Origin: Carcharhinus amblyrhynchos
Taxonomy: Eukaryota
Length of the DNA stretch: 64,000 nt
Assembly: GCA_965287045.1 (NCBI GenBank)
Contig: OZ336870.1
Coordinates: forward strand, 121,768,001-121,832,000
Direction: 5' to 3'
The notes under the pieces were generated by a model that was given only the letters and a program-made list of their open reading frames with translations, made no database searches and had not been told where the DNA came from. Positions 49,666 to 64,000 of this stretch are shown here, in pieces (the first letter of the stretch is position 1; the number at the start of each line of letters is the position of its first letter). Position numbers and translations under genes: made by a program.

Positions 49666-52600
49666 ACTCCCAATTTTATGATATATGGTTGGCTTTTATT
49701 CAACTATGTCCCAAGTAGCTGAGTACTTCCTATCTCAAATAACCAGTGTTTTGAAATAAAAACACAATTTCAGCAGGTCTGGCGGCTTCTGTGGAACAAA
49801 AAGTTTAGTTAATGGGTGATTTTTGAGCCTGCATTAGCCATAGCACAAACAGTGACACAGGCCCAAAATATGAGAATTGGAAAATGAAATTCTTGCCGGT
49901 GAAGTCTCGTTTTCCGATTTTCCCTGTCCCCCGATGGTGGCGTAAAGAGGTGGATCTGCTGGGTCACAAAGGTAGATATAGCCCCGGGGAGAAGGGGCAA
50001 GGACACTGCTCCGACACTGCCAGTGCAATCTGGCAGTGCTGGTTTAAGTCTGCTGGGGACCCCCAGTGAGAGTGTTTCCCCTTATGTCTGTTTGGGTTAA
50101 TGGGAGAAGTATTGTTCTATATCAAAGGGGAGCATCCTAATCTCTTTGGAGCCGATGTTGCCTGCTCTATCTGGTGCCACCCCACCAGCATGATGGCGAA
50201 AACTGCGCCTTGAGATCTTCAGTGCCCAGAGTGCCAAATAATCTAGGGAGAAAACTCAGCTGTACACCAGTTTTCTCTGTGCACAGGAGTACAAAATTCC
50301 ACCCAATGTTTTGAATCTGCATGACTTCTTCAGAGCTGTATTCAGTATCCTGTGCTGTCTCCTCCTGTAATAAGGGCAAGTAAAGAGCTATGAGTGAGTA
50401 TACTGGCATGTACTCATCCAATGGATAATATGTAATTAGTCAGGGTATCTATGAAGTAGAGGCACAACATTATAAAATGATAAGGGTTAATGGAAGTGTT
50501 GGATATAAAGTTGTGGATGTGCAAAGAGATGAATGGTTATACCAGCAAGGTAAGTAGCTGTGAGGAGTGATGTGATGGAGTCAGCTTGAGAAGGCAGAGT
50601 AAAGTGTTGGGGTATTAGGTACAGCAAATGTAGGTGTGCAACTGTATCCTGCACTTGTCTTTTCAGACATACTTCAGTCATTAATCTGCTTTCTACATTG
50701 AATACTGGAGCATAGCACCACATTCCTGCTGCTGACATCTGTTTTTTCCATATGTAATTAGATTTATGTCTTCTACACAACATACCTTGCGTGAACTGAA
50801 CACTTTGAATATGTAGCCCATATGAGATGCTATTGTTCTATATATCTCTAAAAAAATGACAGCTAGGTACTCAAGTTAATACAAAGTTTCACAGTCATTG
50901 ACCTGGACACACAACACTCAGATCCCAAGTATTTTTACAATGGATAGTTTTTACCACTGTGAAAATGGGGTAACATATCCAAATCACACTCTGCTGTTTT
51001 CATTAAGTAACAATTCTGTTAAATGTAGGAATTTTAATGATATTCACATTTTTTCCTTCTTACAAAAGAACAGTTCTACAAAGGTATTGAGTAGAAATGT
51101 CTCATTACCTAATAACATTATTTAGATGATGAGAAGTTTACTGGTCTTACAGCATGAACGTGAGTACTCTATGGTCTTGTTTTTAATTCTGATGGTGATG
51201 GAGAAAGACAGAATAGGGTGGTGTTAACTATCAGGATCAAGCAGTTCGATCTTAACCTATGCCACTTTAAATGTTGGAGTCAGGCTATGGGCTTCTGCAG
51301 GCAAAATGAAAATAACATATCAATGGCATTTATAATACTGTGCAAGAGGAAGACATGGCCTATGGATCCTCAGCAATTGATCCATGGCCAGCGCCACAGG
51401 GTGGATGACTCATTTATTGCTCTTAGGAGCCCAGGAACAGGGGTGTCCACTCTTGGTTCTTGGAAGCCTTTGGCCTCCACCTACCCAAACCCCCACATTC
51501 CTTCCACGATCAGCATTCCCCCCAGACCTCTTATTTTTTAGTTATTCCCCATCCTCCTGATTACTGACCTGTGCTCCTTCCCAAGGGTAGGTACTGTCCT
51601 AATGGTCCTTGACTGTGGCCTCCTGCCCCGGTGTTCCTTCCCACCCACTGGCCCATTTGTCACTTTGATGGCTTGCAGGGCAGCAGGTAATGCTCCAATC
51701 TGTTAATAAGACCCTGCCTTTGAAATTGAGAAGAACTCCACATTCCCAACTTTGCCAAGTTCTTCAGATAATCTCGGCCTTCCAAACACTTTCCCTCCCT
51801 TTTCATTAATGTCAGACCAGTGCTAACAACTCCGTCAGTGTATGATACAGTATGTACAAATAGGTTCGGTTGCTCCAATTTTTTGAGTTTCTATTTTTAA
51901 ATAGGGTAGCTGTTAAATGGTTGCATTGAAATCCATATGATAGATTTCTACAATAGTCTATATATAACTATGAGAACACTGCCATTTAAAGCAAGATCCT
52001 GGATAAACTCCAGACAGATGAATACTGTGCCCGGTTTATTTTAACTTAGTCTAAATGATAAATAGTGGAAGAAATTACAGAGCTTCTATTAATTTCAAGT
52101 AAAGATAGATGTAGTTGTAATAGTATGATTAAAAGCCAAGCTTTCAAATCAGTATCCACTCACTACATTACAGTTCAAAGTAAATCACATTTTTAGTCAT
52201 AAAACATGTATCGACTTACTGAACTTGAAAATAGTTGAAATGTACACTGTGATTCACATCCATTCTTAAAAGGTTATGCAGTTTAAATTACGTAAAAAGA
52301 CACAAATACTTCCAGAATAATAGTGGAATTTCCTGTGTATTTACACCTAAGAACAAACATAATTAGGCGTAATAGAAGAGAGAAACTCAGGTGCAGGTGT
52401 ATAGTGCACATAATTCTATTATCTCTTGATCATTTTGCTGCACCTCATTGTGATTTTTCCAAAGTTATTTTTAATCCTCAGAGACCTGCACTGTAATTCC
52501 TCTGTTTCGGCAAATGCATTTCCACAGGATCAGTATGAGTCATGTTAAAAATGGAAAGTTTCCACAACTTAGGTATGCTATGCCTGAGAGGCATCAACGA

Positions 52601-53149
52601 TAGCTAGAAAGCTTGAAACTTCAATTTTAACATTTAAGGAAGGAATATATGGTACGTGTCCCATGCTTTTCTGTGGCCCCAGCAGTTTAAATTAATTTCT
52701 GTTTGTTTACATTTGATTTTTATGTTCCAGAATATACAAATAAGATTGACGGAAAATTCAGGCATAAGTTGACTTTGGCAAATTGTGCTCATGAGCAGGC
52801 AAATTTTCAATTCATCGACAATTACAGTCCTACAGGAAATTCCATCCTAATGTCTTTATATTTCAAATTGTTTCATCGTCCAGTTTACATTTATCGATAC
52901 AGAAATTAAAAATTTACAACACTTTTTTATTGCTGGCAGTGTCACTTTAAAAGTCACTTCAAAGGTCAAATGTGGCTAGCAACAATCTAGCCCCGCAATA
53001 GTTTGCAGAAAATCAGCATTTCAAACATCATTTTTGTTTGATTCTTTCATTACTTATAAGATCAGAAGAATTTGGGGCAGATCCAAATTCTCAAGTCTAA
53101 TCTGCCATTTAAAAAGATGGTGGCTCACCTGATCTGATTGTGCCACTTT

Positions 53150-54180
53150 CCTGCAAGCCAACCAGCCCCTCCCTCCCCTCATCCCTCCCAACCTCATAAT
53201 CCTTGACTTCCTCATTGATCAAAAATCTTTCTAACTCAGGCTTGTATATATTCAATGACTCAGCCTCCTGTACTCTCAGTGGTGGAGAATTCCAAAGATT
53301 CACGACACTCAGGGAAGAAGTTCCTCCTCATCTCCATCTTAAATGGGACATTCCTTTTTGTTAAACTGCTCCCCCATTCCAGATTCCCCCACAAAAGAAA
53401 ACACTCTCAGCATCTACCTTGTCAAGCTCCCTCAGAATTTTAATGTTCAGTTAAGAACACCTCCTGTTCTAGACTCCAATGTGTACAGGTCTGACCTGCT
53501 CAATCTTTCCTCATAAGAAAACCCTTCATCCCAAGAATCAGCCTAGTGTACCTTCTCTGGACATTCTCAATGTAAGTCATATCCGTCCTTAAATCAGGAG
53601 ACCAAACTATACATAGTACTCTTGGTATGGCCTTGGTGAGTCATATACGGCACAGGAGGAGGCTGTTCAGTTGAGTGCATGTTGGCTCCCCAAGCAGCAA
53701 TCCACAATGTCCCACTCTCCTGCTTGAACCCATTGCTGACCTAATTTCTTTTTGAAATCAGGTGTTGTTCCACTTTCACCACCTTGATGGGCAGCAAATT
53801 CCAAGTCATTAACAGTTGCTGAATAAAAACGTTCTTCATATTCCCCTGCATCTCATACTCAATTAATCTGTGTTCCCTCCTTATGAGCCATCAGATCATG
53901 AGATGAATTTTTCCTTGTCGAATTTATCGAAGCCTTTCATAATCTTATGTATCTTTATCAAATCTTCCATCAATCTCCTTTGCCCCAAGGAGCACAACCC
54001 CAGACTTTCCAACCTAACTTTGTAACTAAACCATTCCATTCCCGACACCATGCCTGCAAACATCTGGCAAATCTCCTCTGCACCTCTTAAGGATCTTTAC
54101 ATCTTTCCTCCACTTGGGGGTCGAACTAGATATTTATAAAGATCCATCATAACTTCTCTGCGTTTATACTTGATACATCT
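53150..54180 (-). mobile_element. Two tandem CR1 3' fragments (about 53150-53630 and 53640-54180)
   Basis: NLWNSPP.RVQEAESLNIYK.ELERFL; GAATTCCAAAGATTCACGAC; ATCTCCTCTGCACC. Confidence 0.75.
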
Positions 54181-54439
54181 GGAGAGGTGAAGTACCCCTT
54201 GGGATTTATAAAAGTAGAGTGTGTGGGTGGGTGGGATTTTTTGATTTTTTTTAAAGGATCTGTCCTGGCGAGTAAATCAGGGAGAATCCCACTAGTAGCA
54301 ACAGTGGGGAAAGTTGTCGTATACTCAGCTTCATTAACAACTTATTTTCCACAGATTTTACATATGCTTATAGCAGCTTGCCTCTATTTCACTCGTCCTA
54401 GGAAAGCTTAATCATCCACCTACATTCTCCCCAACTGCC

Positions 54440-55570
54440 TCATTGGAGGATAAACACAATTGGTGTGAGCAAACAGAGCCTGACGGAGTTACGCCTGAGC
54501 TGGAATCCCTAATGCTTTTTGAGGAACAAGCTCTTGAGCTGGCTGGCGAGAAGCAGGACTGCATAGGGTATGGTGGAGGCAAGAAACAAAAGTGAGAACC
54601 ATCAACACATCCAGCCATGGTGCAGGCCTCACATGAATTAACTTTCTCTCATCAGTGAGCCCCTTTCATATACTAATGCCATGTCGCTTCCCTTGCAGGT
54701 CAATTAGTCGACCTGCCCAGACTATCCTCATGCCCTCTGGAGATTACAGACCAAGCAGTTCTGATGGAGACATCTTGGAGCCGACCATCGAGGAGGCATC
54801 ACAGCTGTCACCCATACCCTCCACCAGTGCAGATAGACACACCTCAGTGGGAATTGTCAGGCTTCTGGGTCACATGTTGGTGAGCACCTCATAGCTGAAG
54901 ATCCACAGCAGGCAAAGGAGAAAGGGATGTATGAAGCATCCGGCAGTCTGAGGGACTCTCGGACCCAGGCTGATGATGCGTCCCTGTGTATGGTCATCCC
55001 AGAGCTACTGGAGTTACAAAGGCAGAGTCATGAGCATCAGGAGGTGACGACAGCATGCTTTCTTGGACCTATCGCTTCTATGGAAATGATGCTGTCACTC
55101 CAATGCAAAGAGGCCATCACTGCAAAGGTGGTGGCCACAGTGGAGATCTTGGCGCAGGATGTGCATACCATGGTGGGGGATGTCCTATGGCTCAGCTCAT
55201 CAGTTCCACAACTGAGGGCTTGAGTTCCATTGTGCAGGGCTTCGACTGCATGGTGCAGGTGCTTATTGGAATCCATGAGTGGCAACTCAAGCACTGCAGG
55301 ACTTCTGAATCTCACTTCAGCTGTTCCAACATCTCATGGAGGAACCCAGGGACCCCCAGGGATGGAAGAGAGCAGGAGCGCAGCCCCAGGACCTCCAACC
55401 AGGAGACCCTGGGCTGTCCAGCTCATCTGACACCCCCTTCTCTGTGAGTGACACACTCCAGCCCCACGCATGGAGAAAGGTAGCACTGCAACATGCTTGT
55501 ATCCCAAAAGTATGCCCGGACCCTCAGGTGATGCCTGTCAAGATCTTCTCAAGCAACACGGAGTAGAAGT
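54440..55570 (+). pseudogene. Harbinger Myb/SANT-like gene, central and C-terminal exons (decayed)
   Basis: LMLFEEQALELAGE; apparent intron GTGAG (54591) to TTGCAG (54698); EEASQLSPIPSTSADRHTSVG; IPELLELQRQ coiled coil; similar to 10440-10770 and 4880-4960. Confidence 0.55.
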
Positions 55571-56277
55571 CAGCTGGCTATAGGTGAATATTAACTTTGT
55601 TCACCCATGCAGAACCTCCACATTGTGATGTCATGGTGCCAAACTCAGTAAACTCTGCGCAAACTCAGTGCTCCCTCCTTGTGCAATGGGAGAATAGCAG
55701 TGCTATGTTCTCTCCCATCACTCATACTACTGACACAGTAAGACCACGCTACTTCTGGCACAGGCCCCTATGCATGCACAGCACCTGTGGGGCCCCATGC
55801 CCCTCCCCACCCCAATGCAATACTCAGCACACAGTTGTCTCCTGCCTGCCAGCAATCTCTTGCAATGAGAATGAAAATTGGTTAAAAATGTGTCAGAGTC
55901 TATCCACTCATCAGCAGATAAAGAAACACACCAGGGCTTATGGCCTCAGAGTAGCTGGGATGTGTCATTCAGCCTCCCTGGGCCCCTAGATCACCCTGTT
56001 CAGTGGCAGGTTGCATTCAGCTCCCTGTCAGGCACAAGTCAGACATTTCATGGAGTATAAGAGGAACCTCATTCTGTCTGCACTACAAGACACCATCATT
56101 CTCTTGAAGCATTCGGTCAATTGCTTTAGCGCTTTGCCTACAAATGTAGTAACCATCTTGATGATCTCTCAGAGACACCACAGTTTTGAGCAGATATCAG
56201 ACCCCATGGTGAGAGAGGCCTTCACACCAGGGTCATGGTCGCTCTCAAACTAAGAGGCTGTGGGGGTGTCCCTAACA

Positions 56278-56405
56278 CCTGGAGGAAATCCATGCAAGTA
56301 TGGGGAGAACATACAGACTCCACACAGACAATGACCCAAGCCAGAAATCGAACCTAGGTCCCTGGCGCTATGAGGCTGCAGTACTAACTACAGTGCCATC
56401 ATGCT
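56278..56405 (-). mobile_element. HE1-type SINE, 5' part
   Basis: GGAGGAAATCCATGCA...ACTCCACACAGACAATGACCCAAG...tRNA head. Confidence 0.75.
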
Positions 56406-57159
56406 GTTTAATCCCCTAGGACATGATTTTGTAACCCACTTTAGCCAACTCTGCCGTCATATCCTTGTAAATTGCCTTTATTTAAGTTTAATGTACAAGT
56501 TTCAGACCCAAACTTCTCACCCTCAAACTGAGTACCTGTGAATTGAATTGTTTGCATGCATCCAGCCTGAAAAATATAATAGTGTTGTGTCATTATGCTG
56601 TTGAAGATCATTTTAAAAATACGGAGAACTATAAAAAGTTACATTTTTCATTCACCGTGCTGCTTTTAAAGAGTTTGGAGTTGTCATATGTTGATTTTGC
56701 TTTCTGTGTGCAGGTAACAAAGTAAGCATGCCTTTGAATGCTCCACTTAATACATTTATTTTAAATTAAAGATTAACTCCTGAGTTGAATTATTCATTTG
56801 TAGGCATAAGCTTAATTGACAAAAACTATGTTTCAAATTCAACAATCCCTATTCTAGCTCTCCTTAATTATAATGCATGTCATAGCTCCCAATCTGACTG
56901 TAGACAATCTGCTTCAAGCCAGTTGTTCTTCTCACATCTTGTTAGATAAGCCTCAACATTTAAGGAAAAATATTTTCACAGCCATTTTGCTTTCTGTATA
57001 CTTTCCGTCACTAATGTTCTGGCCAATTTTTGTATTGCATTGTATATTTCTTTCATTGTTTTGGCTGCTCTCATGTCTTCAAGCAGCTTGACATGATTTA
57101 TTACATTAAAGATATGCTATAAATAAAAACTAGTTGTTGTTTTATCTCCGTTCTCAGTT

Positions 57160-58210
57160 AAGAACATCAGAACAGAAGCCCCTCAAGCCTATCCCACCAT
57201 TCGATGAAATCATGGCTAATGTGACACATCTCCACATCTATGCCATTGCACCATACCCTCAGTTCACAAAAACCCACCAAACCCAGAATTTAAATTTACA
57301 ATTGATTTGGCATTAGTTATCGCATGCAGAAGTGAATTCCAAACCTCTAATGCTCTGTGCATAGAGGTCAGAATTTTACTGCCCTGCCCACCATGAGAAT
57401 TGCAGCAGGTGAGGGACGGAGCATGGGAAGGTCCATTGAACTCAGGCAGATTTTACGGTTTTGGGACGAGCAAGGCCAGATTCTTTTCCTAGTTTCTTTT
57501 TTGATAAACACCCAGTCCTGAAATTAGCAGCAGCAGGTAAGGTGGTCAGGAAAGCATACAGAATACTTGGCTTTATTGGCCAAGGCATAGAATGTAAGTG
57601 CAGGGAGGCCATGCTCGATCAATATTAAAAATAGACTGCATCAGAAGTATGGAGCACAGTTGTGGTCACATTACAGGAAGGATGTAACTGCACTAGAGAG
57701 AAAACAAGCGATTTATCAGGATATTATCAGGAAAGGAGAATTTTAGCTATGAGTAAAGATTTGAAAGGCTGGGTTGGTCTTTTTTTGGAACCGAGATAGC
57801 TTGGGGGAGAATTAATTGAGGTGTATAAAATCTGAGTGGCATAGATACAATGGATAAGAAGCACCTATTCCCCTAGCAGAGGGGTAATTAAGCAAAGGGC
57901 ATAATGTTAAAATTATTAGTAGCATTGGTGAGGAGTAGATAAGTATTTATTTATTCAGAGGGCCATCCCCTCAAAGGTGAATATATCCTTCCTGAGGTGT
58001 GATTTCCAAAGCAGCTCACAATACTCCAGCAATACAGAGGTATAACCAGGTCTGTAACATGTCTTCTAATCCTCTTGATATCAAGGACACTGTTCCATTA
58101 GCCTTTTTGATTATTTTCCATAACTGTTCATGACATTTTAATGACCTAGGTATCGAGAATTTCAAGTCCCTTTGCACTTCCACTGTTTCCAGCTTTGCAC
58201 CAATTATCTG
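57160..58210. mobile_element. Cluster of CR1 fragments (57160-57360 -, 57500-57960 +, 57965-58210 -) with a MITE at 57365-57480
   Basis: GGTCAGGAAAGCATACAGAATACTTGGCTTTATT...AGGAAGGATGTAACTGCACTAGAGAG; CCATTAGCCTTTTTGATT. Confidence 0.7.
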
Positions 58211-59639
58211 TTTTACAGTGATGTTTCCAGTACAGCGAAGCTACATGGCAATGTGAGCAATTCCTGATAATGGATCTCTTCCTAAGTCTTTAGGCCTTAT
58301 GGTATCTCGTGAATCTCAGAACTGGGAAAGAGAACACTTGTTCACTTTTGGCGCTTAATGTGAGTAGTAAATACTTCCAGATCTGATGCCCTAATTACAA
58401 AATAACATTTCCTATTGTACTGGAAGAATTCTCTATCTTCCAAGTCATTTTTCTGAGCATGATGGCACAAAACCGGTTGCCTCAGAAAAATGTAATTTAA
58501 TAGCAATTGATGTTGGATTATGGACAGACTCACTAGAAATAGGATTTAAACTTCTGAAACTCATTGTACAATGGACTCTCAAAGCTGCTATTGATCTGGG
58601 TAAATTGTGTGGAAACCCAGGTCTCAGAGGTGGAGGGCAATTTTCCTCATTGCTACTTTATATTTGTAGTCTTTGTTCTTCCCAGCTGATATGACAGTGG
58701 TTTTTATTTTTCTAAAGCTATGAGACATTGTCCTGCAAGGGAAAGAAAGGGCATTGCATTATTTAAACAAAGATTTAAAAACCAAGTAGTTTCTCTCAAT
58801 TTTATCAGAACAACAAATACCAATGTATTTTTTAAGAAACATCAGAGGCATAAGACTTTCTCAGTGCAAACTCAAAAGGAACTCTCTTCATATTTCTGTT
58901 TTCTAATGATGTGCTATTTGGTTGATGTCCAACTAAAATTTTTGTATCATATTTGGCACAATGAACAAACTCCTCCAGCAAATTCAAATCATATTTTAAT
59001 ATAGTGGGGGACTGCAGTTTCACAAAATAGTTGAATGTAAACTGTATCAAGCTCCAAATTGCAAAAAACTAAAATATGGTATAAACAGACACCACTGAAA
59101 AAGTGACAAACAAACAGACTCAATGGGCAGAATCTTACCAAAAATTGGCAAGTGTCAGGGTCTGTTTGAAAATGACTGTGTTTCTCTCCAGAGAAACAGG
59201 CAGGTTTACTCTCAGATCTCTTCACTTTGGCATAGGATGACACTGCCAGGTTGGCACAGTTACAATTGTTTGGCCATGTCCCTTTTCCCTGGGGTTATAT
59301 TTACCTTTGCATCCCTGGGAGACCCCAACAACAGGTTCCTATTTAAGTGTCAATATACGGTTGGTGGTGGTGGTGGGGATCCCTAATCACAGGTCAATTA
59401 CCCACTTAAAGTATATGCTGTAAACAGGACAGCTATGAATCAAGAATTATACATAAACAACTTTGCTATTCTACTCAAAGAAATGAATAAGATGTGACAT
59501 TCATCTTTCCTGAACTCAAGGATCATGAAATTTGATCAAAAATGCAAGAGATACAGTGCTATTTTTTATGTGAAATATACAGGATGTCATTGGTTAAGAT
59601 AGGGTTTTTCTGGCCTTCCTTTCCTTTTCCATTAGAGAC

Positions 59640-59813
59640 AGTAGATGGGGCCTCATTTTAATGTCTCATCTGAAAGGCAACACCTCCCACAGTGTGACAA
59701 CCCTTCAGTACTGCTGTGAAGTGTCAGCCTAGGTTTTTGTGCACAAGTCCTGGATGGGACTTGGAACCCAACTGTTTGACTGAGAGGTAAGAGTGCTTAC
59801 TGAGCCACAGCTG
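59640..59813 (-). mobile_element. Deu-domain SINE (SacSINE1-like), 5' part
   Basis: TTTAATGTCTCATCTGAAAGGCAACACCTCC...GTGTCAGCCTAG...GGGACTTGGAACCC...GAGAGTGCT. Confidence 0.7.
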
Positions 59814-62800
59814 GGTTATGTGATGGAATGTAGTGTAATTCAGTAAGCTGAAATGTGATGACAGGAGTTATCTTTTATAATCCTGAATCTTTCTACAAGT
59901 AACTTAATAATTGGGCAGAAAAAAAGCTCTACTTAATATATTTATATGCAGGATATTCTCCTTGAATTCACCATCACTATCATGGGCATAAAAGTTATTT
60001 TTAAAGGCTTATGCAACTAGCACAAGTGCTCATTTAAAGTTGATTAATCAAACTTTGTTCCCCAAGTGAAATGGATAATGCATTCTTGCCCTTTTATGCA
60101 TAACTAACAAATGCTGCTGATATCTACATCAGCTTCAGTATCCTTGTGATGCTTGCGGGGTGAGGGGAGGTTGAATAATCAGCTAGGGATCATGCTCCTG
60201 ACCACTGTCCAGTAATCCCTGCCATGTAAATGTCTGGCATAATCTTTTGACGAAGAGGTGAGACTGATACAACTAGGTCATCTGACATGTGAAGAGTGAC
60301 ATTTGAATGAGGTTACAGAAGAGATGCTAGCATTTACATAATATTATCGCAGTATAAGCCAACATTTTTCAAAGACAGAACTGAGACGGGGAAAATAAAA
60401 ATAACCATTTACTGCACAGTTGAGACTGAAGAATTACTGTATGGAGGAGAATGTGCGCAAATTGTAAATGAAAATCATAAATCCGTTCATTACAGATGGT
60501 TTAAGATTACGTTACTCAACCTGCACAAAGGAAATCATCCCCAAACGACTAAATGTTAGCATTTAAATGTTGTTAGGGAAGGTAATCTTGCTATTGAGTT
60601 CCACTACTGCAGTTCAATAATCACAAGATATATTTCCTTATGAATAAAGCAGCATCATTAAATTACTGTTTGTATTTTATAATCATTCCTTTAAAAGATA
60701 ATATCATGTAGTGCATCTTGTTACATTTTTATACTATGATTGGCAACTCGTTCATGTACATAAAACTTAATATTTACATTTTAATAAAATCAGTTTAAAA
60801 TGATTGAGAATTACTAACATAGACCTTATTTTAAGGCATACATTTACATCACTCAAATAGAATTTCTTGCACTAGAGTTTTCATTAAAACATTCAATTAA
60901 ATTGTTCTAGGCACTATAGATAGAAAATAGACTCCTGTCAAACCTGCTCCAATTGTAAACAAGATAAATCACTATGTTTGCAGTTGTAAATACATGATTT
61001 TATAAATTATACGACATAAGCAAGGCAACAGAGTGTAAAACAGAAGCTCAAAAATCATCCTCAGCTTTGCAAATTAAACTGTCTTCACACAGTAATGATT
61101 TCAAATGTTTTGTGCATTATAGAAGTATATGAACAAAACAACAGAAGCCAATGAATGGTCATTGAAGTCACATTAGGATTATGTTACTTGTCGATCCAGT
61201 TTAAGTTTGTGCAGTGAGATCTCTTAAAAATAAACTGATTTGGAATGCAAACAGCAAGGATTAAGAAAAATAAACTGACAGCAATATGTTTATGATTACC
61301 AATACAGCACTACATACATTGAACATGTAAACGTATGTTTACAGTGAAAAAAACCCACATCCCAGTTTACTTATGATATGATTGAATCAAACAACACTCC
61401 TGCTGGAATGAAAAAAATATCCACTTTATGTAAAAATCTAAATCCTTTATTGTTTAGCCACACAAAGTATGGTGGAATCCATCTCAGAAATCAACGAAAG
61501 CAGTGCCACTGTTCATAAAGCCTTGATTCTTAGACTGCACATTGGCTACATCTTGTAACGTTTTTGTAAAATGTGTTCAAGTTTAGACACAGTATACAAT
61601 CATTCGAGAAACCAGAAGCCTTTTTGTGAAAAGTGAAATCATAATTTGGTCAAACCCTAATCTACAATTGGATTAGGCAAAAATGAATCATGTTTTCCAA
61701 ATTTGACAAAATTATGACAATTCCAAGTTGAGCTATTTACTATCACTGCATTTCATTTTGAGGCTTTCTCCATTTCATTCAACTAGTAAGAGCAGAAAAA
61801 AAATACTCTGTTCTCTATGTGTATCATTGTGAATGCATTCAGAAAACACGTTCATATAGAAGAACCATGACAATCTTTTCTGTCTTGGAATTGAAATCAA
61901 GATTTCCAAATGTATGATATAAAAATTCCATGGTGCATAGCAGGAATCAAACAGAAATAATATAATTAATAGATTTAAAATACCAATACACATCACAACT
62001 TAATTTAAAAATGTGCACTAAATCATTCTATACAGATACTAATAAGAGTTACATATTAACTGCAAAAAGCTCCCAGTGGTATCTGAACTTACAATACTGG
62101 CATTAATGTGCCTTTAAAATTCATTTTGTAGCCTGAAAACCTACACTACAGCAATTATAATCTTCAGGTGCTAACTGTAGCAAAATAGATGTTTTGCCTC
62201 TTCTGGTCAAGTTTTAATAAGTTGATCATAGTTTGCGAAAATAGAAGATGATCATAAGTTATTTTTCTTCCTATTCTCTACAAGCCCCTACCCCTGCCAA
62301 TTTCCATGTTCTCTCCTTCAATGAAGCCCATCCCACTCATGTTTCCATTCACATTATCAATGTCACTTGCTGATTCCCCTACAAGGCAACATAGTTTGTT
62401 AGAATCAAAGCAATCCTCTTCCCTTTATTTTGCTTCCCTCCCATGTACAATTCCCATTAGGACTGATAAAATTCACCATATGAACGAAATCAAAAACAGT
62501 CTTCTTTCTATTGCCTATTTATATTGATTTTTATCCTACATGACCAGATCTTCAGCCTGTCTTGATTGGTATTGGTCAAAGAGTGAAATGATACAATAAT
62601 TTTACACATAACTAAATCCATAAAGTTTTGAACCCAGTCTTATGCTGCTTCATTTAAAATGTAAAATTGCTGTTGAAATATTGAACAACTTGTCATTAAT
62701 CTCACTGTTCACTTTAAAATCTCAAGTCAATCAACTTTTTTTTAATACTTCACCTAGTTTGCTTTGTTCTTTTCTCTTCAGGGTTGATTCACGCTGAGCT

Positions 62801-64000
62801 ATAGTTCATCCCAGCACCTTATCTAATGGACCATTCTTATCTGTGTGCAAGCAGGTATTTGATTATTGAAGGATACATCACGGTTTAATTGTGCCTTGTC
62901 TGGTATGTTTATGCATGGTCTCCAAGAGAGGTAACTTGACAGTAATCAGAAATGGATTCCTGGCTAATTTTTCCTCTCCCTAGTACTGGGATCTAATTTT
63001 AGTGCCCTTATTGCTCAGTTAACTCAACTTACACTGAAAATGTATCCATTTTCAGACATAGAACAAAGGCCCACCCACTTCAGTTTTCAGGCAAGCTTGT
63101 GGATCAGTAACCAGATTGTCACCTATCTCCAGCAAAAGGCTGTTTAAAGATAATAAGTTGCTCATAACCATATGTTTCCTCTCCACCACAATCCAATTCC
63201 ACAATTAACTGCAGATCAGGACTGTCTCTACCCAACCAAAACAAATTCTGTCCCAATACAAATATTCAATCCAGCTAGTGAAGTTTATTCCTCAAGATCA
63301 TCGGTGTCAGTTCTCCGAATATATCAAGTTATTTGTCCATCATCTATAGTCCCTTTGCTCATGTACATCTAGATCACTTCTCCATACTATGAGAGATTGC
63401 GGGGCTGGCAGGAGTGAGTACATTCAACATTAGCACTGATATACATTGATTCATTACACCCAAAACCTTTTATTAAAAATCCATACAAGACTTCATTCCA
63501 CTCTAATTTTTGAATCCTTATATTCTATTTTTCCAAGTGTAAAATTCTTTCTTCTAATTCCAGACTTCTGTGCAATTTCCTACATTCCCTTCTCCAGTTC
63601 TCACTTTTTCCTTAAAACTCTTCTCAAGACCCATTTCTTTTTGCAAACTTTCATTTTCTACAGTCTTTCCCTTCTAGGTTTGGAGTTCATTTTCCATACG
63701 TCTATGTTAGAACGCTTTTCTAACAAAAACACAAAAACAGCATAAATTCAAATTGATAAGCGTACATTTGGTAAGAACGCACCGCAAACCAGTGATCCAA
63801 CTTGGTGGCTTGTAGTCTTGCCAACAGATTTTACCTTTACTGCAAATTAAATATCAAACAAAAATAATAAGAATTAGAGATAATGGATAACATTCAATGT
63901 TAACTATATTGTGGCATCAATTGTACAGCAATTCCAGTGATGTCACTAGAACAATTTTAGTCTTGCAAAACCATCTGTTCCCAATTATGACATCATTTCA

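Overview
Vertebrate, almost certainly shark/elasmobranch, non-coding DNA (large intron or gene desert), about half transposon-derived. I could not identify any intact host protein-coding gene; nearly all ORFs in the supplied track are spurious or transposon remnants. Recognisable content: HE1-type and other tRNA-derived SINEs, CR1 and Rex1-like LINE fragments, Penelope-like element pieces carrying minimal hammerhead ribozyme motifs, and decayed two-gene PIF/Harbinger transposons with a family of related MITEs. A nested retroelement cluster at about 41-49 kb comprises Gypsy gag-pro-RT, a class I (gamma/epsilon-like) endogenous retrovirus with integrase, an unexplained ~440-nt pol-env interval, env and a 3' LTR, then a young CR1 and a second Gypsy. 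There is also a purine-rich minisatellite, a 132-nt assembly gap, and AT-rich unique blocks that may be conserved enhancers. The best leads are the possible accessory gene in the ERV and a 253-bp TSD-flanked Penelope palindrome carrying two hammerhead motifs. All family names come from motif recognition by eye, not database searches, and most boundaries are approximate.
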